From Squalus acanthias (taxonomy: Eukaryota): a stretch of 64,000 nt of DNA. This document shows, in pieces, positions 62,593 through 64,000 of this stretch (position 1 is the first letter of the stretch; each line of letters opens with the position of its first letter). The stretch covers positions 12,772,001 through 12,836,000 of the forward strand of contig CM059432.1 of assembly GCA_030390025.1 (NCBI GenBank). Reading direction: 5' to 3'. The position numbers and the translations under genes were made by a program. The notes under the pieces are model-generated. The model was not told the DNA's origin. It worked only from the letters and a program-made list of their open reading frames with translations, and searched no databases.

Positions 62593-62909
62593 ATTATCTC
62601 GACTGCTTCTGGGATCTTGCTGTGGGCTAATTGGCTGTTGTGTGTCCCTGTGCTACAACAGTGGTTACACTTCAAAAGTACTTAATTGGCTGTAAAGCGC
62701 TTTAGGACGTCCTGAGATCGTAAAAGGCGCTATAGAAATGTAAATTCTTTCTTCTTTTCGCATGTCAGAACTTCAGGAAGTGGTGTGCAGGATGTCCCTG
62801 CACTCAAATTAATATTTCAATGAAGCTTGTTTTAGGCGAGTGATTCTACCTCTGGCATTTCTTGCCCACAGTTAATACCACACGGGAACGGTAGCATTGT
62901 GGTAATGTC

Positions 62910-63387
62910 GCTCAAGAAGCCCGACACCATCCAGGACAAAGCAGCCCGCTTGATTGGCACCCCATCCACCACCTTAAACATTCACTCCCTCCACCACCAG
63001 CGTACCGTGGTTGCAGTGTGTACCATCTACAAGATGCACTGCAGCAACTCGCCAAGGCTTCTTCGGCAGCACCTCCCAAACCCACGACCTCTTCCACCTA
63101 GAAGGACAAGGGCAGCAGGCACATGGGAGCACCAACAGCTGCAGCTTCCCCTCCAAATCACACACCATCCTGACTTAGAAGTATATTGCCGATCCTTCAT
63201 CGTCGCTGGGTCAAAATCCTGGAACTTCCTCCCTAACAGCACTGTGGGAGTACCTTCACCACATGGACTGCAGCGGTTCAAGAAGGCGGCTCACCACCAC
63301 CTTCTCAAGGGCAATTAGAGATGGGCAATAAATGCTGGCCTTGCCAGCGATGCCCACATCCTATTAAAAAACGAATTTAAAAAAAAA
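62910..63387 (+). mobile_element. CR1/L2-group LINE 3' end (family of 49953)
   Basis: DTIQDKAARLIGTPSTTLNIHSLHH...RFKKAAHHHLLKGN*. Confidence 0.88.
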
Positions 63388-64000
63388 ACAAGTGGCACAA
63401 AGTGGACGAATATTTTTAGTGGCGGAATTCTACCCAATTTTCCAATCGAGTCCACCCAATTTACACCCACAATCGGAAAATCCAGGCTTGGGTGCCTTAA
63501 CTTCACGGTAAGTTGACATGCTGTTTATTGGGATTTGTAATGTTGAGTAATAGAGTTGATCTACTAAATCATCCCTTTAAATGGCTTCCTTCTGTGCTGT
63601 AAGATTCTATGCTTCTGCATGAAGTGTTTGTAAGCTAATAGCGCACAGCCCCATTTCGAAGTATATTGAAACATGCAGTGAACTTTTGTGCTGCGTTGCA
63701 AATGTTTGTTAGTTTAACGAGCAGCCTTACAGTTTGTTTAAAAAAAAGAAGGAAAGTAGGATCTGAGGAAAACAAAACACATCTGTGCATCATTTATTTC
63801 TTGATTTCGAATGAGCTGAAGAGTGGGCTGAAAAAACATGGAGCGATCAATGCTATCACCCAATCAGTTTAATAGAGTGGGCATTGATTCATCAGAGACA
63901 GTAAATCAGATTACAGAGTCAAAGAATACAATGGAAATGGAAATAAATTTAACAGACTGACTGAGCTCAGACATTTGACGGCACAATGGGCTAAGAATAC

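Larger units (their letters stand above)
60745..62760 (+). mobile_element. SacSINE1-like SINE in three pieces (60745-60895, 61778-61848, 62593-62760)
   Basis: Collinear SINE segments around the L2 and MITE insertions. Confidence 0.75.

Noticed and set aside
62112..62685. Overlapping GC-rich ORFs or a CpG-island promoter
   Set aside because: Contained in the TSD-flanked MITE and the SINE
1..64000. CRISPR arrays, prokaryotic operons, retrons, rRNA
   Set aside because: Eukaryotic repeat landscape; no repeat-spacer arrays seen, and all RT motifs are LINE-type

Overview
Repeat-dense vertebrate genomic DNA, almost certainly elasmobranch (shark/ray), judged from HE1/V-SINE, SacSINE1-like Deu-SINE and HER1-like CR1 content. 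Most long ORFs in the track are retrotransposon fragments (CR1, L2, Penelope, RTE) or their antisense shadows. I recognise no host protein-coding exon. Main signals: (1) a 3.2-kb PIF/Harbinger element (24202-27442; TIRs, TTT TSD) inside a CR1, with an apparently intact 3-exon Myb/SANT (trihelix) gene but a transposase reduced to putative N- and C-terminal remnants; (2) several Harbinger-type MITE families of similar length (725-787 bp) with 3-bp AT-rich TSDs and subterminal hairpins, one family (three near-identical copies) carrying a splice-donor cluster; (3) minimal hammerhead ribozyme motifs in Penelope ends and in a 127-bp TSD-flanked mini-element; (4) a HE1 SINE/CR1-tail chimera, a solo LTR and multi-level nesting. 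Boundaries of old repeats are approximate, and family names come from recalled consensus sequences, not database searches.
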